Source: Octopus vulgaris
Lineage: Eukaryota
Direction of reading: 5' to 3'
DNA length: 64,000 nucleotides
NCBI GenBank assembly: GCA_951406725.2
Contig: OX597827.1
Span: 80,228,001-80,292,000 of the forward strand
The notes under the pieces: generated by a model
The model's database searches: none
Told to the model about the DNA's origin: nothing
What the model saw: the letters and a program-made list of their open reading frames with translations, nothing else
Made by a program: the position numbers and the translations under genes
In this document: one piece after another, positions 15,431-28,395 of the stretch
Numbering within the stretch: the stretch's first letter is position 1
Layout of the letters: every line of letters begins with the position of its first letter

Positions 15431-18170
15431 ACTGTGGGTTCTTATTTCTTTGTACACAGAACATACATCACGAGGGGCAAAAGATTTGCCATAGTTGAAG
15501 TCAGATTTGATACAGAGGAGCAAACAAAAGCTTATTCTCCACAGTCACTAGAATGTGAAGAAATCATAATGATTCCTACATACCTAGATCGTCGGGTTAC
15601 AATAATAAAAATTAAAGATGTTCCCCCTGAAATAGAACCACAATGGCTGGTGTCAGCCATCTGCTACACTTGAAGGAAGTTATTAACATCTTGGAAATTG
15701 CCATCCTTGAACAACAAAACTGGATAGGTTAGGCATTCGAACTTGAGGTTCAAACCAATCAAGAGATGATAGAAAATGTGCCAGATCTTATAAAACTTCT
15801 GGACGGTACCACCTTACATATGGCTGTTGAAAGTCAGAAGACCATGCAGTCACCTTTGTGGCAGCAAAAACTACTTAAAAACTGACTGCCCAAAAATAAA
15901 GGAACAACAACAACAGGGACAACAAACAACAATAGCAGCAACAACAAAACGAGAACACTACCTGCAAACCGACACTGTTACCCACACTGCCATCAGCACA
16001 ACAGATGAAAGAGCTCCACAAAACAACAAACCAACCCAACCAACCCAACCAGTCAACACAACCAAATGCAGAAGCAACACCACCACCACCACCACCATCA
16101 CCACCAACAACAACAACAGCTACAGAAGTACCAAAGTCTAAAATAGGGGGAAATGACTAGCCCCTCATCTCCAACAAACCATACATCACATCTCAGCAGC
16201 AACAGCTTCAACACACTCACAAATCGACCTCAATACCCTCCCATCCCTTGTTCTGATTCCTTCGATATGTCATCCAATGAAGGCGACATGGAGGAATGGT
16301 AAATGTCCACGGGGGAAGAAGAAAAAAGAGGAAAAAGAACAACCACTCAATCGAACAAAGCAGAAAGATACAACACTCCTGACAACAAAACTCCCACACA
16401 TAGCAACAACAACACCAACTCTACAAACATACAAACACCAGCAATGCTAAAAGCAATCAATACAAACAATTTAGACCTAATGCAATACATCGGGTCACAC
16501 ACCGGAATAACTGAAAACAGTTACAAAACAAACAACCACCCATGCACAACACATTAAAATACTACACACCACACAAAACACACATAAACTAAATGAAACC
16601 TCTCTACCCTAAGGCAGGAGGGAGATTTCAAAGACATTTGTCAAAAAAAACTATACAAAAACTGAGGAGGAAAATCCCCAACTTTTGAAACAGTGACTCT
16701 CTCTCTCACCTGTTTTCGCTTTGTGTCTGAAACACAGCTTTCGCCAGATTCATGCTCAAGGTAGTGAAAATTAACCTGGAAAAGTCAATAGGCTTGCGAC
16801 TTGGTACCTGGAGAAGCGAGCCCATGCTGTCCAACAGCATCTCCATCATGGGACACTGGACCGACAGACTGGTTAAATTGCTCAGTTAAATGGAGAACCG
16901 GGACGTGATAACCAGTAGGGTGGCTACTCTCACCCAGCAATGGGCCGAGATGAAGCTATTTCTAAATGTCAGATCCATTATCTACTACCGTCACATCACA
17001 TCTGTCATCTACTACCGTCTGACCATCATTCCTTGTCCTGACCCTACCATCAAAAAACTGGAATACATACTCTTCTGCTTTTTGTGGAATGGAAGCATTC
17101 TGATGGTCAGGTGATCAATTTGCTGCCAATGTCCACTAAATGGGAGGCTGGGCATGTTGTGGTCTCTTTGATCGAACTGCAGTTGTGAATCAGAGACCGA
17201 GACTGGGCGAATGGCACCATGAGATCAAACTTGTGTGACTTCAATTCCATGAAGGTGTTCTATAGAGGATTAGTGGTGGAGAGGTATGACGACGTTCTTA
17301 GGGAGACCCTGTATGTCGACAAGGAATATCTAGCCTGCCTCTTCAGGACCACTTTCAGGCCAGGATCTATGGATATGCTACCGGGAAGCATTGCCTGTTC
17401 AGGATAAGCTCTACAAGCACAGTTCAAGAAACACTAGACCAACTTGCCCGCGATGCAGTCAGAGCGACGAAAATGTTTTGCATGCACTTGTGTAATGTCC
17501 AAACATTTCAGACCTGTCAGCATATGTCAAACGACTGCTATCATGTGTGGGATGAATTCGGTTGTTGGCCAAATCTATCATGAATATTGCCTCACCACCT
17601 TCCTTTAACAGGCAAAGCAAGGCAGTTTTCGTTGTACTGGTGGCTAAGGTGAAAGAATGTGTGTGGTAGACTCGTACAAAAGGTTTAGAAACAAACACTT
17701 TCCTCTCTGGTCAACCTCTCATCAACTTCAAATATCACTTGAAGAGGAAGGTGAGAATAAAGAGAGAAATTTTGTCTAATGAAAGGTTCAACAAGAGGTG
17801 GGTGAATGTGGCAAGGATGGTACGAATAAATGATGGAACCACCTTGAGTATGAACTTATAAGACAAAGAGAGAAAGAGCACCTTGCTCTCAGGTTAATGT
17901 TTTTCTTTTTCGTTTCCAAAGTTACCATGGTTCTTTTCCATAGGTCTTTCTTTCCACAGATAATCCTAGTTAATGTTACATTTCCTCCCCTATTGAGAAC
18001 TTTTATACTTAACAACGACTCTTGTGTTATTTCCCTGTTTACATCCACCCCGCATCAAAGGTTTCCTTGCCCTTTTGATTAATTTCAAAAAAGAAAAATT
18101 CTACATTGTGCTGTCCCCTCTATGTGCTGTCCCCTCTATGTGCTGCCCTGCATGGCTGATAAAGAGACCT
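15430..18170 (+). mobile_element. Decayed L1/Tx1-like LINE (ORF1 with zinc knuckle, deleted ORF2 C-terminal part)
   Basis: IPTYLDRRVTIIKIKDVPP; C.LCGS..YLKTDCP knuckle; T/Q/N-rich linker; FCFLWNG, GGLGM, CPRC..E...HAL..C. Confidence 0.65.
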
Positions 18171-18199
18171 AACTATCTATCTATCTGTCTATCAATTTA

Positions 18200-18628
18200 G
18201 AGAATAGAGAAAGAATCGGTTTCCAACCTTCATCCAAAGTTCCTTCATTGGAATTTCAACATCAACAGCGTATTTTCGTATACATGCATGTATATGTACA
18301 ACTTTGTATGTTTTGTTTTATGTATGTATTTTCATGCATATAGTTGCATGTCTAGAAATGCTCATATATACTTTAGTGATAAACTTCTGGAAAGTTTTAC
18401 AGACTTTACAGTTCCAGTGGGGGATTTGATCTGTAGTCTTCAAATCAGGTTTTTCCTTCTGGTCTTAAGAAGCCTAATTTCTCAAGATTAGTATTTAGGC
18501 AGTGTGTTATACATATCTCAGTGTCCAATAAGTACAAGTATAAACCTGAACTTGTAATCTGGATAGAGTAGCTGTAGATTTCTCAATATTTGAGCGTAGG
18601 TATTTTCTTTTTCACTGATCTTTAGCTG
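18200..18628 (-). mobile_element. RLE-LINE 3' fragment, same family as 14810-15430
   Basis: High nucleotide similarity to 14850-15260. Confidence 0.75.
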
Positions 18629-18671
18629 TTGTTAATAGGTGTTATCCAGTTATATTGTCACCCAGTTTCCA

Positions 18672-19045
18672 CCTGGAAGCACTCCGTCGGTTACGACGAC
18701 GAGGGTTCCGGTTGATCAGCCTACTCGTGAAATTAACGTGTAAGTGGCTGAGCACTCCACAGACACGTGTACCCTTAACGTAGTTCTCGGGGATATTCAG
18801 CGTGACACAGAGAGTGACATGGCCGGCCCTTTGAAATACAAGTACAACAGAAACAGGAAGTAAGAGTGAGAGAAAGTTGTGGTGAAAGAGTACAGCAGGG
18901 ATCACCACCATCCCCTGCCGGAACCTTGTGGAGCTTTAGGTGTTTTCGCTCAATAAACACTCACAACGCCCGGTCTGGGAATCGAAACCGCGATCCTATG
19001 ACCGCGAGTCCGCTGCCCTAACCACTGGGCCATTGCGCCTCCACT
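18672..19045 (-). mobile_element. tRNA-derived SINE, family A (young)
   Basis: TGGCCCAGTGG A-box, GTTTCGATTCC B-box, intact CpGs. Confidence 0.9.
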
Positions 19046-19093
19046 AGTTTCCACCTATACATACGTGTGTGTGTGTGTATGTATATATATATA

Positions 19094-19195
19094 ACAACAA
19101 AATTTTATATAGTCTGACGAGCTGTCCACAAAGCTTTGGCTTTTTGGGTGCGAAACCTTGGGTAACTCTATGTCCAAGATATAAAATTTTGTTGT
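19094..19195 (+). ncRNA. Type I hammerhead ribozyme motif, intact core
   Basis: CTGACGA (19114-20), GC...GC stem II, GAAAC (19152-56), stem III ACC-TTG-GGT, GTA triplet (19162-64). Stem I agt/act is extended by a perfect 17-bp helix, 19094-19110 with 19179-19195. Confidence 0.8.
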
Positions 19196-19272
19196 AATAA
19201 TTACTGCAACATTTTTTAGAGGGTGCTTCTTTCTGATAGATGTCTTTTTATCAACTATATATATATATATAA

Positions 19273-19331
<59 letters not shown>

Positions 19332-20538
19332 GGTGCCAATAGGGTGACCGTGTAAGTAACACCTACTGACAACGAAAACAACTTGGATAGCTCTAGTTGC
19401 GTCGCTGAGAGGTATAATTGCTATTGTTTCGCGTCAAGTTAAGCCATATCGAGCAAGCCCTTGATATACCACGTTCCAATCGTGATGAACCTTATTTTGC
19501 TTTTTTTTTCGGACTTGGAACTGAAAGACTTCTGTAGTAAAATGCCTCTCACCTTGCACAATGCAATTCATGTGCAAAAAGAGTTATGTCCCTTGTAACA
19601 GTTTGCAAAGGCGTTACATGCACTCACTCTCACGTACAGAAAACTAACACTATACACACACACACGCAAACACACTCGCGCACTTACACACACACACAAA
19701 CGTATGCGCGTGCGCATACACATTAACACACACACACACACACCCACATATACACACTCTCTTTCTCGCGCACACACACACACACATACTGACGACTCAA
19801 ACTCGTTAATAAAAGCTTCTCATCTCATTTTTCACATTTTACAAGAATATTTTCTGAAAAATATTCACGAAACGGATTTTATGTTACTTTTGTTATGTCA
19901 TCTCATCTTATTTTGGATAATTTACAGACGAAAAGGTGTCAGTAATAATACACCCATGGGTGTGAGACTGCCTACCCTGGAAAAGAAGCTGATATATATG
20001 CAAACTTTATTTTGTTTTCACCTTAATAAAGAGAAAGGGGTCAAAAGTTTCTCTGATATTTTATTAGTGTATTTATTAGGATAGAACAACTGTATTTCTT
20101 TCGGGTCGGGGCTGTTATTCCGAAAGTCGGGGAATGGGACGATTTAAAAATTTGAAATTTTGAAAAAAATGTTTCTTTTTTTATTTTTCCAGAATCGTAA
20201 TCTCCGTATTTTTGTATATCCTGGACTAAGTTCAGAGTGTCTTTCATTTTATAAGACGTTTGACATATATTGTTTGTGGGAGATTTGGCTTTTATTTCTA
20301 GTATGTCGAGTAGCTTATATTAAGAGTGTCTTTGTGTCGTCTGCTGGCTTTGACGCATGCGCAAACGAACAGACCGAGTTGGTCGGTGTTGGACGGGTTG
20401 AGGGGGGGGGGGGAGGTTCCAAACTCTGAAGAGAGAACGGAACCGGCTTCAAAACAATTGAAATTCTGAAAAGATTTCTTTCTTTTTGTCACAATTGTAA
20501 TCCCCGTATTTTAAGATCTGGAATTCAAAAAAGAAATG

Positions 20539-20819
20539 GGTACTACAAGAGAACAGTGGTCCCGGTGCGCGCACTCGCGCTAACTAGTCTTAAGTAGTCG
20601 ATCCTACAACGACTTTTTAACCTTAACCCTAAACCTAAACCTAACCTTAGTTTGTTTATAAAAATAATTTGTTTACTCAGTTTAAAAAATTATTTACTTT
20701 GCGTTTTATTTACTTTGTTCGAAAAATATTCTTTAATTTCTTTTGCTATGTAATTCAGCCTTGAAATACAAACATAGGCGCGGATGCGCGCCCCGGGACC
20801 ACTGTTCGCTAGTAGTACC
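20539..20819. mobile_element. MITE, Merlin-like (GGTAC TIRs, 8-bp TSD AAGAAATG)
   Basis: TIR GGTACTAC..GAACAGTGGTCCCGG; TSD at 20531-38 and 20820-27. Confidence 0.8.
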
Positions 20820-21493
20820 AAGAAATGGAGAAAAAAAAAATTAAGTACAATTTTCACCATTGCTACTCATTCGCTAACTTAAAATTATGTCAGTGATGGG
20901 TCACAAAATAATAATCTCTATTGAAAAATCATGGATGTTGGGGGACAACGTAAGATTGCTCGATGATCTGATATGAACGACACAGAATCAAATGACATAG
21001 CAGGAATGTTGTTTTTAATAGATTTTCAGAAGGCCTTTGATTCTGTCTCATGGCCATTTATAAACAAGACATTATCTTTTTTTCTTCTTTTGGTTATGAC
21101 ATCCGTAAGTGGTTCAATATTCTGTCCAGTGGTGATAGATCTTGCTTGACAATTAACGGTACTTTGTCTCTTTGGTTCCCTGTTGAGTTGCGCTGTAGAC
21201 AGGGTGGTCTTCTCTCTCTCCATATCTTTTTATTCTCTGCGTTGGGGTCCTGGCTGGTCTTATAAGAAAAAATCGAGATATTAAAGGAATTACAGTTTGT
21301 GATGGGGAGTATCTGTTGGCGCAATATACAGACGATACAGAGTTCATTTTAGACAGTTCGCGAGAGTTTTTTGAAGCTACAGTTGACACCTTGATTTTTT
21401 CGCTGATATATCCGGACTTAAAATTAACTATGATAAGTCTCAGGTGATATGGATAGGTTCAAGAAGGGGTAGTTCAGTCAGATACTTAACTAA

Positions 21494-21880
21494 TCTTTAT
21501 ATATAAAAGTAAGGTTGTGTGTCTGTCTCCTACGATTATGATTCCTAACTACTCCCACATTTTGCGGTGCAGTTTAACCAAAACCGGGTATCTTATAGTC
21601 GTGATTCATATCGAGCCCTTCTGGGTATTAGCGCGCGTCTACGATGAGTCTACGATTTAAAAAAAATTTACCATCATTTTTTTCCTTTTTAATGCATTTT
21701 CCGCTATTATATAAGGGAAGTAACTCTCTAAAAATGTCTACGATGAGTCAACGATTTAAAAACAACATTTATCATCATTTTTTTTCCCATTTTTAATGCA
21801 TTTTTTGGCTATAACTCTCTAAAAATGCTTATATAGTAATTTCCCTTACAAACCCGAGCAACGCCGGGCGATACTGCTAG
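21494..21880 (+). mobile_element. Non-autonomous Helitron, copy 2 (interrupts the L1/Tx1 ORF2)
   Basis: A|TCTTTATATATAAAA...CCCGAGCAACGCCGGGCGATACTGCTAG|T; removing it rejoins the LINE sequence. Confidence 0.9.
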
Positions 21881-22810
21881 TTTAAATATAAAATGGAACC
21901 CAAAGCACTTCAAGCTTCTCGGTTTAATATTCTCAATAGTTTTAAAGGATGTGGCCAAAAAGAATTTTGAAAATAAATTATTTGAAATTCAGGTAATAAT
22001 AAATAGATGGATGAAAAGAATAATTACACCACCGAGTAGAATTGCGGTTATAAAACCACTACTCATCTCAAAATTGAACTCTCTTCCTAACTCTCCCAAA
22101 TCCACCGAGTAAATTTCTACAGAAACTAAACAAAATATTATTTCAATTTCTCTGGAGTGGAAAACCTGATAAGCTTAAGAGAGTTGTTGCTTGTAAGCCT
22201 GTTGAAGATGGTGGACTTGGTATGATCGAAGTTTTCGCTTACGTCAGCTCTTTAAAGCTATTCTGGACGAGAAAGTTGCTGGACATTCACTATGAATCCG
22301 AATGGAAACAATTATGCAATGCCTCCTCCACAAAACTGAAAAATTTAGCTGTATTTGGTAACGTTTCTCCGAGCAAACTCGCTAACTCTATCAGGAATGA
22401 TTTTTGGTAAGATTGTATTTCTGCCTTTGACAAGTTTACAAATAACACAGAGCCTAATTCATTTGAGGAATTCATAACAGAACCAATTTACTTTATTAAA
22501 CACTTAAGTGTCAGTGAAGAGGCAATGGTTTTTCCTGCGTGGTTTGAGAGAAGTGTTAGCCAGATTCGTGACTTTATCAATTTAGATGGATCTTGCCGCA
22601 CCCTGGAAGAATTCCAGAATTTTTTAGAACCAGATACAAATTTTCTCCAGTATAATGGATTTAATAGGGCCATTTAAAAGCTACGAAACAAAGTTTAAAA
22701 TAAGCAAATCTACTGTTCTCCAACATTTAGAGGTTAATACAACTATCCGAAAGGCTCATGTCTGTTAAGAAAGGAGTCGAACGATATTACTATGTTTTAG
22801 ACAATGTTGT

Positions 22811-23042
22811 GGTACTACTTGAGAACAGTGGTCCCGGTGCGCGTACTCGCGCATCCGCGCTAACTAGTCATGACTGGTCGATCCTTAGTTTGTGTTTTTG
22901 TGTTATTTACTTTGTGTAAAAGAATTATTTATTTTGTGTTTTATTTACTTTGCTAGGTAGTCGTTGTAGGATCGACTAGTTACGACTAGCTAGCGCGACT
23001 ACGCGAGTGCGCGCACCGGGACCACTGTTCTCACATAGTACC
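22811..23042. mobile_element. MITE, same family as 20539-20819
   Basis: About 70-bp imperfect TIRs GGTACTA..GAGAACAGTGGTCCCGGTGCGCG. Confidence 0.8.
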
Positions 23043-23471
23043 CCCAGACGATACTACTATGTTTTAAACAATGTTGATGCTTGTTTAATATTCAAACACA
23101 AATGGGACGAGTGTCTGCTTCCTATAAAGACAACAGATACTAAACTGCGATGGTTCCAATTCAGAATTATGCACAATATTCTGGCAACGAATTCTCCACT
23201 ATTCAAGATTAAATTGGCCGAAAGCAACCTGTGCACTTTTGGTCAAGGCCAGGTGGAGACGGTATGACACCTTTTCTGGTATTGTGAATGAGTACAGGCC
23301 TTCTGGCAATGCTTCATAAATTTGCTGTATGAAAAGTGCACACATGTTCGCAACATAAAACTTGACCCACAGATTATTCTGTTCAGGTTGAGAAGAAACA
23401 CATTTTCTGATGGCACCTTTGACTTGCTAATATTATTAGCAAAATTTTTTTATATATAAAAGCTGAGATTG

Positions 23472-23894
23472 GGCAATCTTTCGTCTCTAGTAGACCTTTC
23501 CGTCGATTTCCGTAAAAAACTTTTATTTTTTTACATATGGGCTTGCGGGAACTTTTGAAGTAATGAGAGCGAAAGAGACTAAGAGAAAGCGATTTTATGA
23601 CGAGGGAAGTTCTTTTGAAGTTACCGTGCATGGCAAGCATTGATGTACATGTGTGTGTGTTTGATGGGGTGTGGGAGACAGAAAGTATGTTGTGTAAGTG
23701 AAGTGCTTCTGTTAGTGTGTGTGAAGAGACAGAGAGAGTAATGTGTGAAAGAGAGAGATAACTGAAATTTTTTACTCGGTGTATGTGTTTATGTATGTAT
23801 GTTACTTCAAAAGTTCCCGCAAGCCCATATGTAAAAAAAAAAATTTTTTTTTACGGAAATCGACGGAAAAGTCTACTAGAGACGAAAGATTGCC
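23472..23894. mobile_element. MITE with ~90-bp TIRs (GGCAATC...), Merlin-like
   Basis: 23472-23563 is the reverse complement of 23802-23894; flanks gctgagattg / gctgattg resemble an 8-bp TSD. Confidence 0.8.
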
Positions 23895-24130
23895 GCTGAT
23901 TGTCAAAAACCACGCTCAGCTTCAAACATTTTAAATACTTTGTACACGACAGATATCTATTTGAAAAAAAAGAAAACAGATCATACAATGGAAGCAAAAG
24001 GAATTTTATAAAAAGTGGAGGCTGTACCCTCAGTCTGTAAATGTCGGGTAGTCTCTAGTGTTACTTCTTGTAGAACTGAATTAAGATTTTATGAGTGATT
24101 GACGAGTGAATGTGTCGTAGTGGAGATTTG

Positions 24131-24627
24131 GGGCAAGACTTCCACCCGTCCACCCACCAAAATAACACTCTTAAAAAATTTTTTTGTTTTGTTTTTCGAC
24201 AGAAACCCCATCTTTTCGGTTACGGGGAATACGAATCTGCAAAAATAATTGGTTAAAAATCGGCATTTCTAAATCCCCCACCTCCATTTCCTTCATTGAA
24301 AATTTTTTTCAGAATTTTTTTTTTTTTTTAAAATATGCGGAAAAATACGGAGATTATGATTCGGACAAAAATTTCAAAACATTTCTGTACTTACGGTTAC
24401 GGGTTAGGGTTTTAGGTTTTTACGGTTAGGGTCAGGGTTTTAGGGTTAGTGTTGGAGGAAAAAAGTCAAAATTGAAGAAGTTGGGGGAAGGGGGGGGGTA
24501 TTTCACAATGTCGATTTTTGGAAATTTTCCGGAGCCTGTGTGTCCGAAAACGGGGATTTTTGAGAAAAAATATTTAAAAAATAAACAAATTTGGGAGAAA
24601 ATGGGGGTGGGGGCGGAAGTCTTTCCC
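24131..24627. mobile_element. MITE with short TIRs and internal TTAGGG-like repeats
   Basis: gggcaagacttccaccc / gggcggaagtctttccc; ggttagggtt repeats at 24395-24450. Confidence 0.55.
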
Positions 24628-25986
24628 TATTTTGTTATTCTATTTATTTCTTTTTTATTCCTTTTCTCTCTTCTCTTTCTTTCTTTCTGTATTTTTATTT
24701 ACTTTTTTTATTTGCTTTCTCTTTTCCTTCAAGACTTCCAAGACTTCACGGTGCCCAGACCGAACTGTCTTAAATTATAACAGGCAAAGTCACGGATGGG
24801 ATGAACAGCCACATGTGCCAAGAATTGAACATGATGACATAAGTCAGACCGTCTAAATATTATCATCAGTAAAGGTTTGTAAATTATTTATTCTCTGTGT
24901 ACCAAGTGACCAATTCACAATGTTTTTATACGAAACTTAATCGGCGAATGAAATGTGTTGTTGTAGCCTTTTTCATCGGCAAAAGGTAACAAACGTCAAA
25001 ATCAACTTCTCTGGTAACTGATTCAATTCTCAGTTTGAAACCTGGTAGACCTTAGAAATATTGTTAATATTTGCTATTGCTTCGGCAACGTATTGGCAGA
25101 ATCGTTAGCACGTCGGACAAAATACTTAGCGACATTTTGTCCGTCTTTATCCAAGCATGACAAAGGCAAACATAATAAAATCTGTTTATTGTAAAGTTCA
25201 TTGTACTTACATAGATTTCTAATGCTGGCAGGTAGAGATGTTGGAGGTTAGGATCAAACTTCGGTGTAATTATTATCCACAGCAATGATTGGTAAGGCTC
25301 GAGAGATAGGAAAGAGTTGGCTCGTCATTATTTAAGAAGTCCTTTATACTCTGGGCTGAAATTAGGCAAAGAAAAACTCGATGTTGTTTCTGCTATGTTA
25401 GTAAGCCATTCTCTCTCATTGGCTTGAATTAGGTGAGAGATGAGGATGTGTGTTCTCCGGTAGCTCTTTCAACCTCTGCTGTTGATCTTAGTTGGGCTTT
25501 CGTCTTAATACACTAAAAATTGTGGGGGCACTTCGAAGACATTGTAGATGATGTTCATGATATGGCATGGTATTGCTGCAAACCAATTAGTTGATAATCA
25601 AAACAAACCACATGACATGAGTGTGGTCTGCACATGGTACTGACCTGACAGCAGAAAATGAGGGTTTCAATTCTAAGTCGCTACAGTAGAAAAGGGATCC
25701 CTGAAGACTTTGTATTTGGAAAATCATCGAAGGACAGACACATTGCAAAGTTTAGTGTTGGTGTCTAAAAGTCTAGGGAGGAATATGGAACCATAATTAC
25801 AAGAGAATGGAAAATTCTATCAATTGATTAAAGTTGTGAAATGTATCTGTGGGGGATATATTTATAAGTAAATGGATTGAGATGTAGCAGGGATTTTTTC
25901 ATGGAAATAGAGCAGTCATGGTGATGAGATGTCAATTGATGACTCTATAGGTCACCACTTTCACTTAGTCTGAGTGTGTTTTTCAT

Positions 25987-26626
25987 GACCTAGGCATCAC
26001 TGTCAGCAGTGATTTGCGTTGGACAAAGCATATCTCTAAAATTGTCGTGAAGGCCGAGGGTGTCTTGGCATCACTCAGCAAGACTTTTGTTAGCCGCACT
26101 CCAGCCATCTATTTAAAACTGTATACAGCTATGGTACGACCACACTTGGAATTCGCATCATCAGTTTGGAACCCCTATCTTGCTCAGAACATTGACCTCC
26201 TGGAATCTGTCCAGAGATGTGCAACCAAACGCATACCCTCCATCAGACACCTACCATATTCTGAGCGCCTTGTTTCCCTGGGCATGGATTCACTGAAGCT
26301 CCGGCGTCTGGCAACGGACTTGGTAAACACCCACAAAGTTATCAACCACCTCACCAACAACAACATTGAACACCTTTTTGATCTCCATGTGTCTAACACA
26401 CGTGGACATGCCTACAAAGTTAGAAAACAACACAGCTCCCATGACTTTCGGAAACATTTTTTCACGCTCAGAGTTGCTGAAGCATGGAATAAACTGCCTG
26501 CGTCAGTTGTTGACTGCCATGACACTGCATCCTTTAAGGCCCTCATGCTTTCCGAAATCCGCCGAAACTACACCTGATTATATATACACTTTAGATGAGT
26601 TGTAGTGCACCTGAGCACTGTACACA

Positions 26627-26658
<32 letters not shown>
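25987..26658 (+). mobile_element. CR1-type LINE 3' end
   Basis: DLGI, LY..MVRPHLEFA..VWNP, LESVQR.ATK, TRGH, FFT.RV...WN.LP; (TTA)n tail. Confidence 0.9.
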
Positions 26659-26661
<3 letters not shown>

Positions 26662-26789
26662 GAATTTATTTTTGTTTTGTTTGGATCCAGCAGACCTATA
26701 AGTGAAAGCATTTCTGCTGGGACCATCCTATCTTATTGTCTAGGCATTGCGTGTCTTGGCCTAAATGTCACAGAATATTTTATCTGATA

Positions 26790-28233
26790 CTTTACAATTT
26801 TTATAAATTCATAACTATTGCACCTTAATATTTCAAACTGTAAAGATGCTCAACTTGCAGATGAAATGCCTTATAATGTTAGTTTTCTACCTGAAAGTTT
26901 AAACCATATTAATGTCAATTTGATATTTTTTTCTTTCTGATGTCAATAAAATAAGTGTCCCTTACCCTAAATTAGGGACTTTGAGAGAAATTATGAACTC
27001 AATATTTAATATATAAGAAAAAGTTTTTTTTCTTATGCTCATTTTTGAAATATCAAAATGGGAATGCAATATTCATATGAAATCTAATTAAAATGTTACA
27101 AAATATTTCCAAATGACTATAATTTTCGTGGTAGGGCTAGGAAGTTAAGAAGCTGTGTAGTTGTTTTAGTTCTGTAATTTTAGAAACCAAAGTAAGAGAA
27201 TTTATGCTTCAAAATTGTGTGTGTTTAAACAGTTTTCTTTTATAGATTCTAATGAATATGTATCATTTAAAATTCTAAAATATCTGGTTCCAAGGATTTA
27301 TGTCAAGAACAATATGTTTCAATGGAAAAAGGAATCTTTTCGAACTAAGTTCATTCCATATCTGCCACTCTGGTCTGCTACTCTTTCACATGTTTCTTCG
27401 TCCTTGTCAGCATTTATTAATGCAGGTATTTCACAGATGTTCAAGTCTAAAAGAGAGAAAAGTGCAATTTCTAGAAATATTGTCTCAAATTTAAATGAAA
27501 CATTCTCCTGGACATATTATGTGTTTAATCTTTTATACTGCTTCCTTATAAATATGTGCCTTATTCCTATATAAGAAGTTATTCTTAAGAAATGAATACA
27601 TCATTAGAAAATGAATACTTTGCATGTTTTTTTTTTGTATCTTAGTAACATTAAAAAGTTCATTTTACTGCATTTACTATCGACTTACATGTTTATTCTG
27701 TTCTTATTTCATATTTTGTTTTACACTGCATCTATATTTCTAGTTTATCTTAAAATCAAATAATATAATCTAACTAATGAAACATATTTTTAAGAGAATG
27801 AAATTGTCAATGCAACAATTATAAATCCCTCCATTCTGTACACAAGTCGTTTCCTCACTTCCCTCAGCAATTAACAACAAAAATACTCATTAAATTCCTA
27901 AAGTTATGATGTGAGTTATTGTTAAGATGATTTTTTTAAAAAGATTATAGCCTCATCTTTAGAGTGTATATCTTAAATATTTACACTTGTACATTACAAA
28001 ATTTTAATCTCTTATTGCTGGGCGTATTATTCCTGAATATGCACTGGGAATCTTTATTTCTAACTAGACATTAGTAATTCCCTTATCCATGAAGTATATA
28101 CACTTATTCAGAAGTGGGGCATCTGGTTGTGAGTGAATGAGTTTAAATGAATAAAAGGTAGTGCCAAAGGTAGATGATGTGGATATGCAGAGTAAAGATG
28201 AAGCTGATAGTTTGAGAAATAATCTCTTGTACT
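26790..28233 (-). other. Probable protocadherin 3'UTR
   Basis: About 1.4 kb of AT-rich, transposon-free sequence directly after the stop, with several minus-strand AATAAA (e.g. near 28055, 27695, 27415). The end is not resolvable. Confidence 0.5.
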
Positions 28234-28395
28234 TCAATGAATCAAATTACCTAATGTCTCTGGCAATTCTTCATAGTGATGGGCCTCTCCTTTTCTTGAC
28301 GATTCTATCGTATGATAGTAACCTAATGTTTGGTTCAGATAGTGTGGATATGCAGCAGCATTAAGTTCTTCAGAGCACATAGGAAAAGGTCTTGG
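28234..28395 (-). CDS. Pcdh: Protocadherin second (terminal) coding exon, 53 aa cytoplasmic tail
   Basis: Acceptor ttttatttgaacag|CCA at 28396/28395. Phase 0 matches the upstream donor. Reads PRPFPMCSEELNAAAYPHYLNQTLGYYHTIESSRKGEAHHYEELPETLGNLIH* (TGA at 28236-28234) in non-repetitive sequence, followed by a long repeat-free AT-rich stretch. Confidence 0.8.
   Translation of the reverse strand, partial: PRPFPMCSEELNAAAYPHYLNQTLGYYHTIESSRKGEAHHYEELPETLGNLIH

Larger units (their letters stand above)
20870..23430 (+). mobile_element. Decayed L1/Tx1-clade LINE ORF2 (RT to C-terminal Cys/His region), interrupted by a Helitron and a MITE
   Basis: GDNVRLL, LIDFQKAFDSVSW, CRQG, LAQYTDDT, SGLKINYDKS, FLWSGK, GGLGM, LRWFQFRIMH.IL.TN, CTF..ETV.HLFW.C, with frameshifts and stops. 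Confidence 0.9.

Noticed and set aside
18960-19045. tRNA genes (also 9337, 53581, 62633)
   Set aside because: The A/B boxes continue into multi-copy SINE bodies and the acceptor stems do not close; they are SINE heads.
20620-20650. Telomeric repeat or telomere healing site (also 24395-24450)
   Set aside because: Short, degenerate and internal to MITEs.
25170-25985. Twin-priming inversion of the adjacent CR1 (likewise 35870-36350)
   Set aside because: These minus-strand LINE-like remnants look far more decayed than the neighbouring CR1 3' ends, so independent older insertions are more likely; not resolvable by eye.
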